Below, piece by piece: positions 12,779 to 25,125 of a DNA stretch of 64,000 nt. The notes beneath the pieces were generated by a model, which worked only from the letters and a program-made list of their open reading frames with translations, was not told the DNA's origin and did not search any database. The stretch covers positions 2,232,001-2,296,000 of the forward strand of contig JBHGNT010000003.1 in NCBI GenBank assembly GCA_043228905.1, written 5' to 3'. A program made the position numbers and the translations under genes. This stretch comes from Azolla caroliniana (lineage: Eukaryota; Plantae; Polypodiophyta). Positions within the stretch are counted from its first letter, which is position 1, and each line of letters begins with the position of its first letter.

Positions 12779-15700
12779 TCACGGCTCTGGTTGTTGTAGA
12801 GGCTCAAGTAGCCATTCAAACCCTGCTTGTAGCAACGCTTCTTCAGTTACCCACGATGCTTCGGATAATGGTTTCCCTCGCCACTTGATGAAGTAGCGTC
12901 TTCTCCCTCTACGAACCTGTGTCTTCAAAAGTGCTTCAGGTTCACATCTAATAGTTGCCTCGCGCCCCCATGTTTCATCTGGGTGGAAACGTTTTAGCAG
13001 GCTAACATGAAAAACATCATGTATCTTGGAAGCCTCTGGAAGTTGTAATTTGTAGGATACATTATTGAGTTGTTTGACCACCTTGTATGGTCCATAGAAC
13101 CTATGGTTAAACTTGGGCGTGAGGCCCTGAAGTAACGGCCAACTAGCCGAATTGACAAGTACTAAATCCCCTGGGTAAAACTCCACGTGTTCCCGTTTCT
13201 TATTGACACGATTGATCATCTGTGACTTTGTTTTTATGAGATGCTCTTGTGCTGCTTGCATCCGGTCCTTCCACTCCTCCAAAAAACGAGACACATCCAA
13301 TTCCTCTACTTGTGTCTTCTTATTTGTATGCAATAAAGCAATCGGTGTGAGGACTTCTTTACCTGTGGTGAGCTCGAATGGAGAGAATCCCGTTGATGAA
13401 TGGATTGCAGCATTGTAACAAAATTCGAGCATGTCGATGTGTTCCACCCAGTCCGTCTGATCCGCTTTGACATAACATCGAATGTAGTCCTCGATGCCTT
13501 GATTGAGTCGCTCAGTTTGCCCGTCTGTTTGCGGATGTGCGGATGATGACATACGGAGCTGTGTGCCTAGAATCCGAAACAATTCTTGCCAAAATCCACT
13601 AGTGAACCTTGGATCCCTATCTGATACTATGATTTCTGGCAGCCCGTGATACTTAAAAACATGTTTAAAAAACAAGTGTGCTACATGTTGCGCTGTTAGA
13701 GGTGGCTTTGCCGGCACGAAGTGAGCTTGTTTAGAAAAAAAATCCACATTGACCATAAGGATGCAAAACCCCTTGGATGAGGGTAAATCAATTATAAAAT
13801 CCATGCTTATTACATCCCATGGACGGGATGGTACCGGCATCTGTTGCAGTAGTCCGAGCGCTTTTCCTCACCTAGCTTTCACGGCTTGACATACCTGGCA
13901 TGAACGTATATAGTCAATGATCTCATGTTCCATTCTTGGCCACACGAAGAAGTTTTTAACAGCTTTTAATGTGCGCTTTTGTCCCCCATGCCCGGCCATG
14001 TGGCAATCATGTAATTCCCTTAGTATCTTTGCCTTTAGTGATATATTATTCGGGATTACTATTTTATCATCACTCCACAATAAGCCGTCCTGCAACTTGT
14101 ACATTCCATGAGTTATGCTCCCATTCATGACTTTGGTTACTAATTCGCGCATCTCTGCATCCTCTGTTTGTGGTTGTCGTACTTCATCTATCCATCCTTG
14201 AGCCGAGATGACAGAAATATGGAGGATGCGTGGCAATCGACTTAATGCATCAGGTAATGTATGCAACTTGCCTTTTTTATGTACAATCTCCAAATCAAAT
14301 TCTGCTAACATATCTTGCCATCTCATTTGTTTTGCTGAAAGTCGTGGTTGTGTCAGAAAATATTGCAAGGAGATGTTGTCGGTCACTACTCGTGTAAATT
14401 TATCTTGTACGTAGTGCCGCCACTTCCGAAGTGCATAAACTATTGCCAACATTTCCTTCTCGTGTGTGGGCCACCAACTTTCTATCGCTGAAAACTTTTT
14501 TGACTCATAGGCAATCGGATGACCATCCTGCATAAGCACAGCCCCATAAGCAAAATCAGAAGCATCAGTGTGAATTTTAAATGGTTTTGAAAAGTCCGGG
14601 AGTTGAAGAACCGGTTGCACACACACTGCCTTCTTCAATTGATCGAAGGCATGTTGTTCACGTTCAGACCAACAGAATGTTTGTGAGCCTTTGATGAGAT
14701 TCGTCAGTGGGGTTGCGATTTGACTGAAGTTTTTAATAAATCTTCTCACATACTGGACGAAGCCTATGAATTGCTGCACTTCGAGGACTTTGGTGGGTCG
14801 TGGCCAATCTTGAACTGCTTTTACCTTGGCCGGATCCATCTTGAGCCCTTCTCTTCCTATTCGAAATCCTAAGAATTCAAGCTCCTCCATAGCGAACTCA
14901 CACTTCTCAGGTTTTGCGTATAACTGATGCTCCCGTAATCGTTGCAGCACATTGGTGACATGTTGTTTATGTTCCTCAAAAGTCTTACTGAAAATTAACA
15001 AATCATCAATGTAAATTATCAAAAATTTATCCAAATAATCCCTAAAAATTTCATTTCCGAGCCTACAGAATGTTCCGGGTGCTCCTGTCAAACCGAAACT
15101 CATCACCAGCCATTCAAAACTGCCATATCTCGTCCTAAATGTTGTCTTCTCAATATCCTCCGTAGCTACGCGGATTTGATGATACCCTGATCTGAGATCT
15201 ATGCGAGAGAAATAACGGGCTCCTTGTAGTTGATCCAAGAGGTCGGAAATCAAAGGTAATGGGTATTTATTTTTTATGGTGATTTTGTTGAGAGACCTGT
15301 ACTCCATGCACATGCGCAATGTCCCATCCTTCTTTGCCACAAAAATGACGGGCGCACCGTAAGGTGATTGGCTTGGTCTGATGAACCCACATGCTTCTAA
15401 TTGTTGTAATTGTTGTTTTAGCTCTGCTAATTGAGTAGCATTCATTCGGTAAGGAGCTTTTACATGTGGTATGCTTCCGGGAATGGTTGGGATTTTATGA
15501 TCGATTGACCTTTGTGGCGGAAGAGTTTTGGGTAGCTCCGCTGTTAAGACATCCTTGTATTGCTCTAATATTTCCTTCATATTTTCTGCCCTTAGTCCTT
15601 CCTTCCTCACTGTTGTTGATGCTTGCAGGGTCGTGCAAAGAAAGAGTTGGCCGCCCTTCTTTAAGACTCGATTTGCCACCTTTCCCGTGCAAAGTTTTGC

Positions 15701-17299
15701 GGTCACGGTTGTCGCCTTTGCCTTTGCATTTCTCCTATGCATGTTTACAATGATGCCTCCCTTCCCATCTTCATTATCTAGTAACACCTTATCTACCTTT
15801 TTCCCGAATTGGTTGATGACGTACTTATCCACCCATTCTAGCCCTAAGATCACCTCGCACCCATCCATGTCAACCGCTAGAAAAGGTGTTCGCCCCTTCC
15901 ATTCTCCCGCTTCAATCAAGACATTGGCTGCTAATGAACACTTATTAGTGTATCCCTGTACAAAACTCACAGAGAGGTTGGTTAAAGGTTGCAATTTTAA
16001 TCCCCACTTCTTCGCGCATTCAGGTGTTATGAAGTTGTGTGTTGCACCGTTGTCTACCATTGCCTCACAACTATGCCCATTAATTTTTACGTTGAGAAAG
16101 AGATTACTTGTGTTATTGAGTTTGACTGTGAGACAGGTAGGCCAGGCGGTGGCGGCTCCTGCACGTACAGCGACTTCTTCATCTTCTTCCTCATATTGCG
16201 CTGCTATTGCTTGTATGTCTTGCTCGGAACCTTCCTCGAGCTCTGTTAACTCGAGTTGTGAGGTGGCTGCCCGCACCGTGAGTTGCTTCTTTTTTGGACA
16301 ATTGGATGCCAAGTGAGGGCCTCCACACTCAAAACAGCCTCTTCTAATTAGTGGGGTTCGTTGTGTTGAAGTAGAAATGGGACTCCCCGGCTGTCCTCCT
16401 CCTCCCCCGCTATTTGTCCAGCTCGATCTAATTGGATCCCCTCGTGTTGTTCCTCTTCCTATCGAACTAGTGGTAGTCGTCCACCCACGATTGTTGGATG
16501 TACTTCCTAGATTGTTGTGGAAAGGTCGGGAGCTCCCTTCTATGTCTCCTATCCTCTCTGCCACCCTCATGGCTTCCTCACAAGTTTGAGGGTTCATCTT
16601 TTCTACCTCTATCCTGATCCGAGGCTTCCATCCAACTAGGAACCCGTGGAGTTTGGTTATTTGATGAAGATGCGGCAGCTGCAATGTCACTTGGCGATAC
16701 CTCTCAATGTACATGGTGAGTTGCCCTTCCCCTTGTCTCAACATCCTCCATTAATCCATGATGCGGAGATGTTCATTTTGTGGTATGAAATAATGACGCA
16801 ATTCCCGCTTAAACTCTGTCCAAGGCGTGAACTCAAACACGCTTTCCCCCGACATGTACCAATTTTGTGCTGGTCCATCCAAAAAACACGCGGAGACCAT
16901 CACCCACAAGTCGGGTTCTACTTGACTTTGGACGAGGAATAGTTCGGTTTCTCTTATCCATCTTGTAAGTACCACCGAGTTCCTCTCCCCCATGTACATT
17001 TTTGGTTTGATAGGTTTAAATGATCCCAAGTTGTGGCGGTGGTTCTCGGCATTCCCGACTTCCAGCCTCTGCACCATCTCCTCCAAACGCCCTGGTCCTC
17101 CTTCCGTGGGCCTTCTCCCTTGCGGCCCCGATTCCTCTTCTTCTCTCTCCCACCTTTGATCTTCCATATTGAACCTTCCATTCTCTAATTCGGTGGCCTC
17201 TTGGTCTCCTCGATCTAGGGCTATCTCCCCTAATGGAGTGTCTCCTTCGTTCCCTAGCTCTCCCAAGTTGATCCCTCTTCTTCGCCTTCTTCCCGCCAT
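12779..17299 (-). pseudogene. gag-pol polyprotein (gag, CCHC knuckle, protease, RT, RNase H, integrase, chromodomain) with two in-frame stops
   Basis: Three ORFs in one frame. Motifs: CFECGGPHLASNC, MVDNGA, YIDD, TDAS, HDCHMAGH..CQVC, SDRD..QTE, GPY, YFIKWRG..EASW. Stops at 16751-16753 and 13868-13870. Confidence 0.93.
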
Positions 17300-17442
17300 T
17301 GGTTAGATAAAAGAGAGAGAGAAAAAAAAATAGTCTACTATCTTTGTGGTTACCTTGACTCCTCTCGTGGTGTCGTGTGCCACTTCTTCAATCTCTTCTT
17401 GCTGGAATGGCTTGCCAATCCTTATCTTGCTCTGATACCAAG

Positions 17443-17698
17443 TATTAAACCAATGGCACAAAATGAGAGAGAACACTCTTTGTATTCAATAGAAATAAAA
17501 AAGGTAAGTGCGAATTACTAACTAATGACTTGGTCCTTCCCCATTGGGAACCCCCCCCCCCCTTTTCAAAATCACAACTACTTCTTTAAATAGAAACTTA
17601 TTGGGAGCCCAAACGTTCATGAGATGAAACGTTTGTGCTTCCAAGATTTATTTAAATATTCTACTATTTTCTTTTATGTAATTGTAACGGTTGTAACA
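17443..17698 (-). repeat. 5' LTR of the chromovirus (256 bp)
   Basis: Adjacent to the PBS and near-identical to 12467-12721. Confidence 0.95.
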
Positions 17699-17894
17699 AA
17701 TATCATTACCAAATATCCCAATCCAAGGTCAACATGTTTATTCTATCTTTTAATAAATATTAGTAATTATATGGCATCCTCGGGTTTTGGTGCAATATGA
17801 AATGTGGAACGACATGGGCATCAATGTCAAGATTGAACCATGCCAATATTTAGACCTATTTGCCAAACTTGATGGTTTAGGTATTTTCTAGTTA

Positions 17895-19458
17895 ATGCAA
17901 TTAACTCCTAAGACAGGAGGAGTATGGTCACCCTCTTTAAAGTGGTTGTTCTTGAATGACATGAAAACACCAAGGACAAATCTTGCATCCAATAGATTTT
18001 TGCTAGGAATCATAAGAGCGTGGGATGCAATTAAATCATTTTTGCTAAAGGACAAACCTTCTACCTGGGATGCATTACTTAATCAACCTATGCTTGCCAA
18101 TTCTCTATTCCGGGATAATGCAGGAAAAGTATTGGGCCTGCATCCTCACCTTGCTTGGGGTAAATTGGATAATGGGCCAGCTGCATCTGTAAGAACGTGG
18201 ACTCAGTTTCAACAAATGTCACAAGAAGATCGACTTGTACATCTACAATCAGTTCATGGTGCCAAGATAATGATGGCTACCTTATCAGTAACATATTCTT
18301 CATTTTTAACAACCTTCCAACCGAGGCCGGAACATCTATGGTTTGGATGCTTCGTAAATGATAGATTGATGGTTGTTAAGGGTGTTTCACCTAATGGGTG
18401 TGTGTCTTATTTTCAGGTCCTAGACAACAATAGATTGCAATCTTATACCTTTGATTGCAATTATCTACAGGACTTACAAAGTGCACCAGTTAGAGTGGTT
18501 GCTAAAACCGGAAAGAAATGGATCGTTGATCCTTATCCATCAATTGCTCATATGTGTGATATCATGTGGTTATATTCAAAAGATCCTGTTGCAAGATTAA
18601 CATGGGATCCAGGGGGTTGGCTTTGGTCACACTCCTTGGGGGAAAAGATCGTAAAGGTTCCCTTTTTTCAGTACTCAGTAAAACTTGGAAGATCATTACT
18701 GCTCTCTCATAATGGAAAGATACCAACGGCTCAGAAACATTGGACCAATTGGGGTGTTTCCACTTTGCAGTTGAGAACCTATTGGAAATGGATATGGTCA
18801 TTCAAGGGGCCAACTAAATTTATTCTCTTTCGATGGTTATTAGTGCATATGGCTCTACCAGTTGGTCATACATTGAAAGAGAAATGTGACACCCAATTTG
18901 CGGCAATGTGCCATTTGCCATGAACCTCAAGAGAGTACCAAGCATGTCTTATGGTCTTGTTCTTTTGCTCATCAAGTATGGAAGAAAGTCGTGTCTTTAT
19001 TCCTAACAATAAATGTAGGTTTCTTATTCTCATGGGGATCATCGATGTGGGGAGTATTACACTCCGGTTTAATGTTGTATGAGGCAAACGATGTTCATGA
19101 GGCAATGAAAATACATAATGGAAGATTGAAATTAGTTAGTCCTTTCCAACAACCTCGAAAGCAGGTGCGATCCGTCCAAATTTGGAAAACTATGTCCACA
19201 ATAACATTATGGGTATTATGGAAATATCGATGTAAACAACTTTATGATGGGGTAGACATTCATGTCTCAGATGTGTTGTTTGAGTTATGGGAGAACTTTC
19301 TAGCTGTAGTCCGTGGTGAGTATGACAATATGCAGGGTTCCCCAGATACTATGATCAAGAAAAGGAAAAAGCTTCTTCACTTATGGAAAAAGGTGCCCCT
19401 GTTTACAATGGTAGCTCAAGTGCCTCAATGGCAATATCGATTTCCATGGACTCTTTGA
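17895..19458 (+). mobile_element. 5'-truncated LINE (non-LTR retrotransposon) ORF2 C-terminus with zf-RVT, frameshifted
   Basis: W.WIW..K...KF..F.WL followed by CAIC..ESTKHVLWSC..A.QVW and LWVLWKYRC. Frameshift near 18890; A/GAA-rich tail near 19585-19610. Confidence 0.8.
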
Positions 19459-19935
19459 ATATCACAAATGTAAACATCCTTGTATTTTATATCAGTGTAT
19501 AAAGAAAGTTGTAACCTTCTTGGTTGCTAGGTTCAAGGTGTAGCCTTCGGGCGTTTTGTTCTTAATGCTATCGAAGAAAATCTTATATAAAAAGAAGAAG
19601 AAGAAGAAGGTATTTTCCTCTTTTCCTCTCATAGTCATGGAATGTGAAGCTCAAGTTTCCTTGTGATACTTCATCACTGATATGCTACCTTCACGAGCAT
19701 TTAGCTGGATGCCAAGGCTTTAGAGAATTGATATTCTCGTGTTGGGAGGTGATGATATTTATCTTTGGGATATGCTTCTACTTGTACGCTCCTATTACAA
19801 GCCCACCAAATCATTATGTCCCAAAATCACGATTAGATAGATTACGCACGAGAACACGTGAATGGACATTGTATATGGGACGAAAAGGCTATTATAATAT
19901 TCACATGTCAAGATATTCCAAAAGAGTTCCATTCT

Positions 19936-20036
19936 TGGGACAAAATCAAAATGTGAGTTTGGGACAAGTTTGGACAAAATCAAAATGTGAGTCTGGGACA
20001 AGTTGGGACAAAACCAAAATGTGAGTTTGGGACAAC
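19936..20036. repeat. 34-bp minisatellite, 3 copies
   Basis: tgggacaaaatcaaaatgtgagtttgggacaagt at 19936, 19970 and 20004. Confidence 0.85.
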
Positions 20037-21018
20037 TTTCGAAGCCTTCTTTGATCATCCAACTTATGATAAGAGAAAAGAATTGAATGAGCATGATTCT
20101 CCATGCTCTTTCCAAAAAGAAGGATTTTTTTTTTTTTAAAGTGACCACGACAATGCTCCACGTGGAATATTTTTAAGTGACCACGACATGGCTCCAATCG
20201 GTTTATGGTCTAAAAAATGAATGGTTTGGAAACCAAGGGAGAAAGACGAAGACAACTCTCTCTTGGGTGTCTTAATCATTGAGCATCCATGTGCCCCAAT
20301 AAGTACATAGTGTAAAAGGATCAAACAAAACGACGCTTTAACTTCAAGCAAGATACTCTTATCCAAAGAAAGTCAATGCATTATTAAAATTTAACACATA
20401 CATATATAATGTATTATGTATTACAATGATGAATACACAGAGAGCGACACACTAAACAACGACTTTTTTTGCCCTCAACTTTCCCATTAAGGAGAAAGAA
20501 TAGTTTTATTTCTGAAATGGAGATCGTTCCTGAATGAGAATCCAATCCAGGCTGTGTATAAAATTAAAGAAATGGCACAGAACATGTGCTGCGGAGCTTT
20601 CTTGCCAATTCACAATTTTTTACAATACGGAGTTTGACTTTACTCATAAAGTTAAAAATGTATGCGATCATAAAGTTGATTTTACTCAGCTCATCACCAC
20701 CGACGACGAGATGTCTGAAATCATAGAAGAAAGGACTAAAAGATAGAATAGAGTATTTGCTGTGTAAAAGAAATGGCATGATTCTTGTATAGAATTCGAC
20801 AGTCTGAGATTCTCTTTCTTATCTCTCTTTGTACGTAGATAAATTGATACGTATAATATAGACTTTCTTTACATCTGAGCCAGGATTAACTCTGCAAGAA
20901 ATTATCAACTAATTAGTGCTACTAATTGACCGAATGGACTGCAAGAAATTATCAACTAATTAGTGCCCTACAGAAGCAGAAGAAGAAGAAGATTATTAGA
21001 TTCAACACTACACTTCCA

Positions 21019-22404
21019 ATGGAAGAACCTGATCACAAACCCAAGACCATCAAAGATGAATGGAGAGGCTACATGCAGAAGCAGATCAATCTGCATGTTG
21101 ATGATGCACCAGTGTTCAACAGAAGTTGGAAGATTTTGAAGCCTCCCCAACATTTGGTGGAAGTGAAGAAAGAGGCATATGACCCTAAATTAGTGACCAT
21201 CGGTCCACTGTATCCAGATCTTGAGCAATCCCCCATTAATAATTTTAAGGCAAAATGTGTGAAGAAATTCATGGAAAGACATAGGATACCAGGTGTGGGA
21301 GAGCTTACCAAAAAACTCACCCCTGATCAACCCGATGAACTTAGCCGTATTTATAATCTTCTCAACCTCCCCCAATCTGACATTGACTGGCTCCAACTTC
21401 TGGTCACTGTGGATACCGTCTTCATTCATGAGTTCTTGCTGCGTCTGTCCAAGAAAGACCCTACCATAGGTGTCTGTCAGTACTTTACTAATTTCTTCTT
21501 TACTAATGACTTTACATTCCGCGACAGACTACGGAGGGACTTGCTATTGGTAGGAAATCAAATTCCCATGTCATATGTGAGGAAGATTACAGAGATCGCT
21601 AACAATCGCAACTTCTCATTGGATGCTCTCGAGGATACGGTAAGGAAATTTATTGTTCCCAGGATTCCATTCATCTCTAGCAAACGTGTGCAGGCCCGAT
21701 TTGAGGAATTCCTTAAATCGAAAGACAGAAAATTGATCGATAAATGCAAGCATCTACTTGATGCCCTTTATTATTCGTGCACCGAAACATTTGACGACTC
21801 TAAGAGACCATCTGAGAGACCACCACCATCTTCAGCATCTTATTCTGAAGAGGAGTCTCATCACATCCCAACAGCGTCCCAACTCTCGAAAGCCGGCATT
21901 TCGTTCAAGGCTTGTGAAGGTAATGTATCAGTGATGAAGTATGACATGAAGAAACTTCAGCTCCATCTTCCACGCCTTGTAGTGTACGATGGCACGGAGG
22001 ATGTGCTCAGGAACCTTCTTGCCTATGAACAAACGTTCAAAGATGGAGGTGAGTTCACTATGTATGTGGCCATCATGGACTCCCTCATCGACAACCAAGA
22101 AGATCTAGTGATCTTGACTAAGGCGAAGGTGATAGAGAACCAAGTCGGGAACGACAAGAGGTTGATCCAGATGTGGAACAACATGGGCACCAATGTCTAT
22201 TATGAGCCGTGTAAGGAATGGAAAGAAATGATCCATGAGATAAATGCCCACAATTCCTCCCGTTGGCGTCGCTTGTATGTGGAGTTTTATCAAACGTATT
22301 TGTCTCGGCCGTGGCTAGTGGCATCCGTCATTGCAGCGTTTCTACTGCTCTCAGCTTCAATATTCCAGACAGTCTACTCTATCTTAGGTTATTACAAACC
22401 CTAA
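21019..22404 (+). CDS. DUF247 protein, intact with TM tail (locus 5, close paralog of locus 3)
   Basis: The ORF track starts at TTG 20926; ATG 21019 (MEEPDH) matches the paralog starts. All motifs are present. Confidence 0.9.
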   Translation: MEEPDHKPKTIKDEWRGYMQKQINLHVDDAPVFNRSWKILKPPQHLVEVKKEAYDPKLVTIGPLYPDLEQSPINNFKAKCVKKFMERHRIPGVGELTKKLTPDQPDELSRIYNLLNLPQSDIDWLQLLVTVDTVFIHEFLLRLSKKDPTIGVCQYFTNFFFTNDFTFRDRLRRDLLLVGNQIPMSYVRKITEIANNRNFSLDALEDTVRKFIVPRIPFISSKRVQARFEEFLKSKDRKLIDKCKHLLDALYYSCTETFDDSKRPSERPPPSSASYSEEESHHIPTASQLSKAGISFKACEGNVSVMKYDMKKLQLHLPRLVVYDGTEDVLRNLLAYEQTFKDGGEFTMYVAIMDSLIDNQEDLVILTKAKVIENQVGNDKRLIQMWNNMGTNVYYEPCKEWKEMIHEINAHNSSRWRRLYVEFYQTYLSRPWLVASVIAAFLLLSASIFQTVYSILGYYKP

Positions 22405-23730
22405 ATACACCTAAACGCTAAACCCTTAGTTACCCGAGGGCAAAAGTAAAGAAGCTCAACACAATCAACTATAGAGCTTTTTTTATTCATTTGGGATTTC
22501 ATTATTTAATTGTTTTCTGTTAGTTATGGTTTTTTGTATTTATAATCCACATTGGCATATGGAATTGTGGAAGATTATGTACTTATGGTGAATCATGTTT
22601 TATTGATTTATCGTCCATATTGGTTTATGAAATTGTGGACGATCATGTACTTATGGTGAAATGTAATAATACCACAACATCATCATGTTACAAAGCATAT
22701 GACTGACACTACATTCCTAAATCTCCATTCAGCATTTAAACATACGACAAGATGTTTGCGGCATAGAAAACAAGAGTCGTAGAGAAAGACACAGATTGGG
22801 ATTTAAAACGTTATGAACTTGGAGTTTCTTGATACATTGCTGTTTCAAGAAACTTGAGAAATTGCAAGATAAGATTGTCGATGAGCTGATGTGTCCACTA
22901 GAAATAAATGAATGGAATTGATGTGTATTCATGTATATCTTATTCGCTTGTAAGCGTGAACTGAATTGCATATATGTTCCGTGGAAATAAACATTACAGT
23001 AAACTATTCATCCAAGTAGTTTCTTACAACTCCTAATCTATAGTATAATCAAAAGATTCAATTCGTGTGTTTTAGTCTGCTAATTTTAAATAGAATTTGT
23101 ATGGGTTATATTCTCTGATAATCTTGATGAGTATAAGTGTTTCCGAACATTGTTTATGGGTTTTATGGTGGGTGTTAATTAAAGAGCTTACTTAAAAACA
23201 GCAAGTAATCACCAGTTTATTAGTGTTTGCGGCTTCAAGCAAGAACTCCCCAAAGGCAAACGCCACCAAAGTTTCAGCGTTTTCTGTACTTATTTCTTCT
23301 CAAACGATCACACCATGTACATAATTGAGACATTTGCTAAAATATTGGTCATGTTAAGCCTTTTGCAAATGATGTGATTACTGTTTGTGTTCTGCAAATT
23401 TGTTGTGATCAGTGCTGTATGTAACGTCGTCTGTATGGGATCAATGTTTGTTTTCTTCAGATGTGTGTCATCAGTGTTCTGTTTACTATTATTATTAATC
23501 CACAGAATGCGACACACAAACAACGAATACCTCAATCAGGTATTCACGGAGAAAAGAAAACTTTTATCTCTAAAATCAAGATCAAGCTTTGGCTAATGAG
23601 ATTAGAATACAGGCTGTATAAATTAAAAGAATGGCAGGGAGAATGTGTTGAGGAAGCTCCTTGCACATGCACAAACCTTTATAATAAGGAGTTGACTTTC
23701 CAATGTATGCGATCATGAAGTTGATCTTAT

Positions 23731-23751
23731 TCTCTCTCCCTCTCTCTCTCT

Positions 23752-23800
<49 letters not shown>

Positions 23801-23805
23801 CTCTC
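23731..23805. repeat. (CT)n microsatellite upstream of locus 6
   Basis: Long tctctc tract. Confidence 0.9.
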
Positions 23806-23940
23806 TATTGTCATCTCCTGCAAGAAAAGACTAGGAAATCAACAAAAGCATAAGGTTTGTGCCCACAGAAAAAGTCTGAAGAAGAAGTTTAGGAGAAATA
23901 TCAACATTGGGATAAAAAAATTCGCTCGGGTATAGTAGCC

Positions 23941-25125
23941 ATGCAGGCATTGTGGTTACCACCGGACGATAAGAGACAGGAATTTCGAAGTTCGATAATA
24001 TCGAAGCCTCACCAAACATTGTTGGAGGTGAATCCAGGGTCATATTCCCCTCAGATCCTGACCATCGGACCACTGTATCAAATGCTTGATGAGAAACGCT
24101 CTTTTGATCATTATAAGGCACTATGTGTGGACGGATTCATGCGAAGACATGGGATATCAGATCAGGATGAGCTCATGCGATGCCTCAACTGGAACCCTCT
24201 TCACATGCATTATTCAAGCCTCCCTGAAAATACCTCCAATTCCCTCACGCTTTCTGTCACTGAAGATACTGTCTTCATTCATGACTTGTTGCGGTTTGTT
24301 TGGAATGAGTTGCAACCCCAACACGAGGAACATGACCACTTTCCAACGCTCTGCAACAACAACCTCACATACATGCAAGTATGGAGGGACCTGTTCTTGA
24401 TGGGTAACCAGATTCCCATGTCCTATCTGATAAACCTGATTCAAGAATTTCCAAACCCACCCACCTTAAAAATGGATCAGCTCCGGAAAGTAGTGGCTGA
24501 TGTTGTAAAAAGAATCGATCCATTCCCTACGAGGAATTCTCAGGACGCGAAATTTGAAACCCCAAATTTTCTACATTGCAGTCATCTACTTGATTGCCTG
24601 TATGTATGGGTCATCGGAAAGCCATTAGAAAAGTCCAGATTCAGATTCCCGCAGTCAGCAGATCACACGACAACTGATCTTCTTCCATCGGCGTCTCAAC
24701 TCTCTAAATCCGGCATCCGGTTTAGGGGTATTGAAGGTAGCATATCGGTGATGAAATACGACAAGAGAAAGCTTCGGTTTGATCTTCCACAACTTGTCGT
24801 GCAAGATAACATGGACGATGTGTTGAGGAACCTCCTTGCATATGAACAAAGCCTTACCAATACTGGTGATGAGCTCTCTATGTATGTGGCCACCATGGAC
24901 TCACTTATCAAGACCCAAGAAGATCTAGCAATCTTGACTAAGGCACAGGTGATACAGGGCAGCCTTGGAAACAGCGAAAGGTTGGTCCAAATGTGGAGTG
25001 CCATGGCCATGAATGTTGAGATTCGATCGCGTGAAAGATGGGAAGAGATGATACACGATGTAATGGAGCATTGTGAGAGCCGTGGGCGTTTCGTGGGAGG
25101 TATTTTTCTCCGCCATGGTAATTGA
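23941..25125 (+). CDS. DUF247 protein lacking the TM anchor (locus 6, close paralog of the full domain of locus 4)
   Basis: 394-aa open ORF ending GRFVGGIFLRHGN; the out-of-frame remnant RYFSPPW follows. Confidence 0.72.
   Translation: MQALWLPPDDKRQEFRSSIISKPHQTLLEVNPGSYSPQILTIGPLYQMLDEKRSFDHYKALCVDGFMRRHGISDQDELMRCLNWNPLHMHYSSLPENTSNSLTLSVTEDTVFIHDLLRFVWNELQPQHEEHDHFPTLCNNNLTYMQVWRDLFLMGNQIPMSYLINLIQEFPNPPTLKMDQLRKVVADVVKRIDPFPTRNSQDAKFETPNFLHCSHLLDCLYVWVIGKPLEKSRFRFPQSADHTTTDLLPSASQLSKSGIRFRGIEGSISVMKYDKRKLRFDLPQLVVQDNMDDVLRNLLAYEQSLTNTGDELSMYVATMDSLIKTQEDLAILTKAQVIQGSLGNSERLVQMWSAMAMNVEIRSRERWEEMIHDVMEHCESRGRFVGGIFLRHGN

Larger units (their letters stand above)
12467..17698 (-). mobile_element. 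Complete Ty3/gypsy LTR retrotransposon with chromodomain (chromovirus)
   Basis: LTRs 12467-12721 and 17443-17698; TSD AATAT at 12462-12466 and 17699-17703; PBS TGGTATCAGAGC (tRNA-iMet) at 17440-17429; short purine tract next to 12722. Confidence 0.97.

Noticed and set aside
15528-16316. 262-aa plus-strand ORF and similar long antisense ORFs (51890-52429, 56120-56764, 57326-57910)
   Set aside because: Antisense shadows of retroelement coding regions with no recognisable domains.
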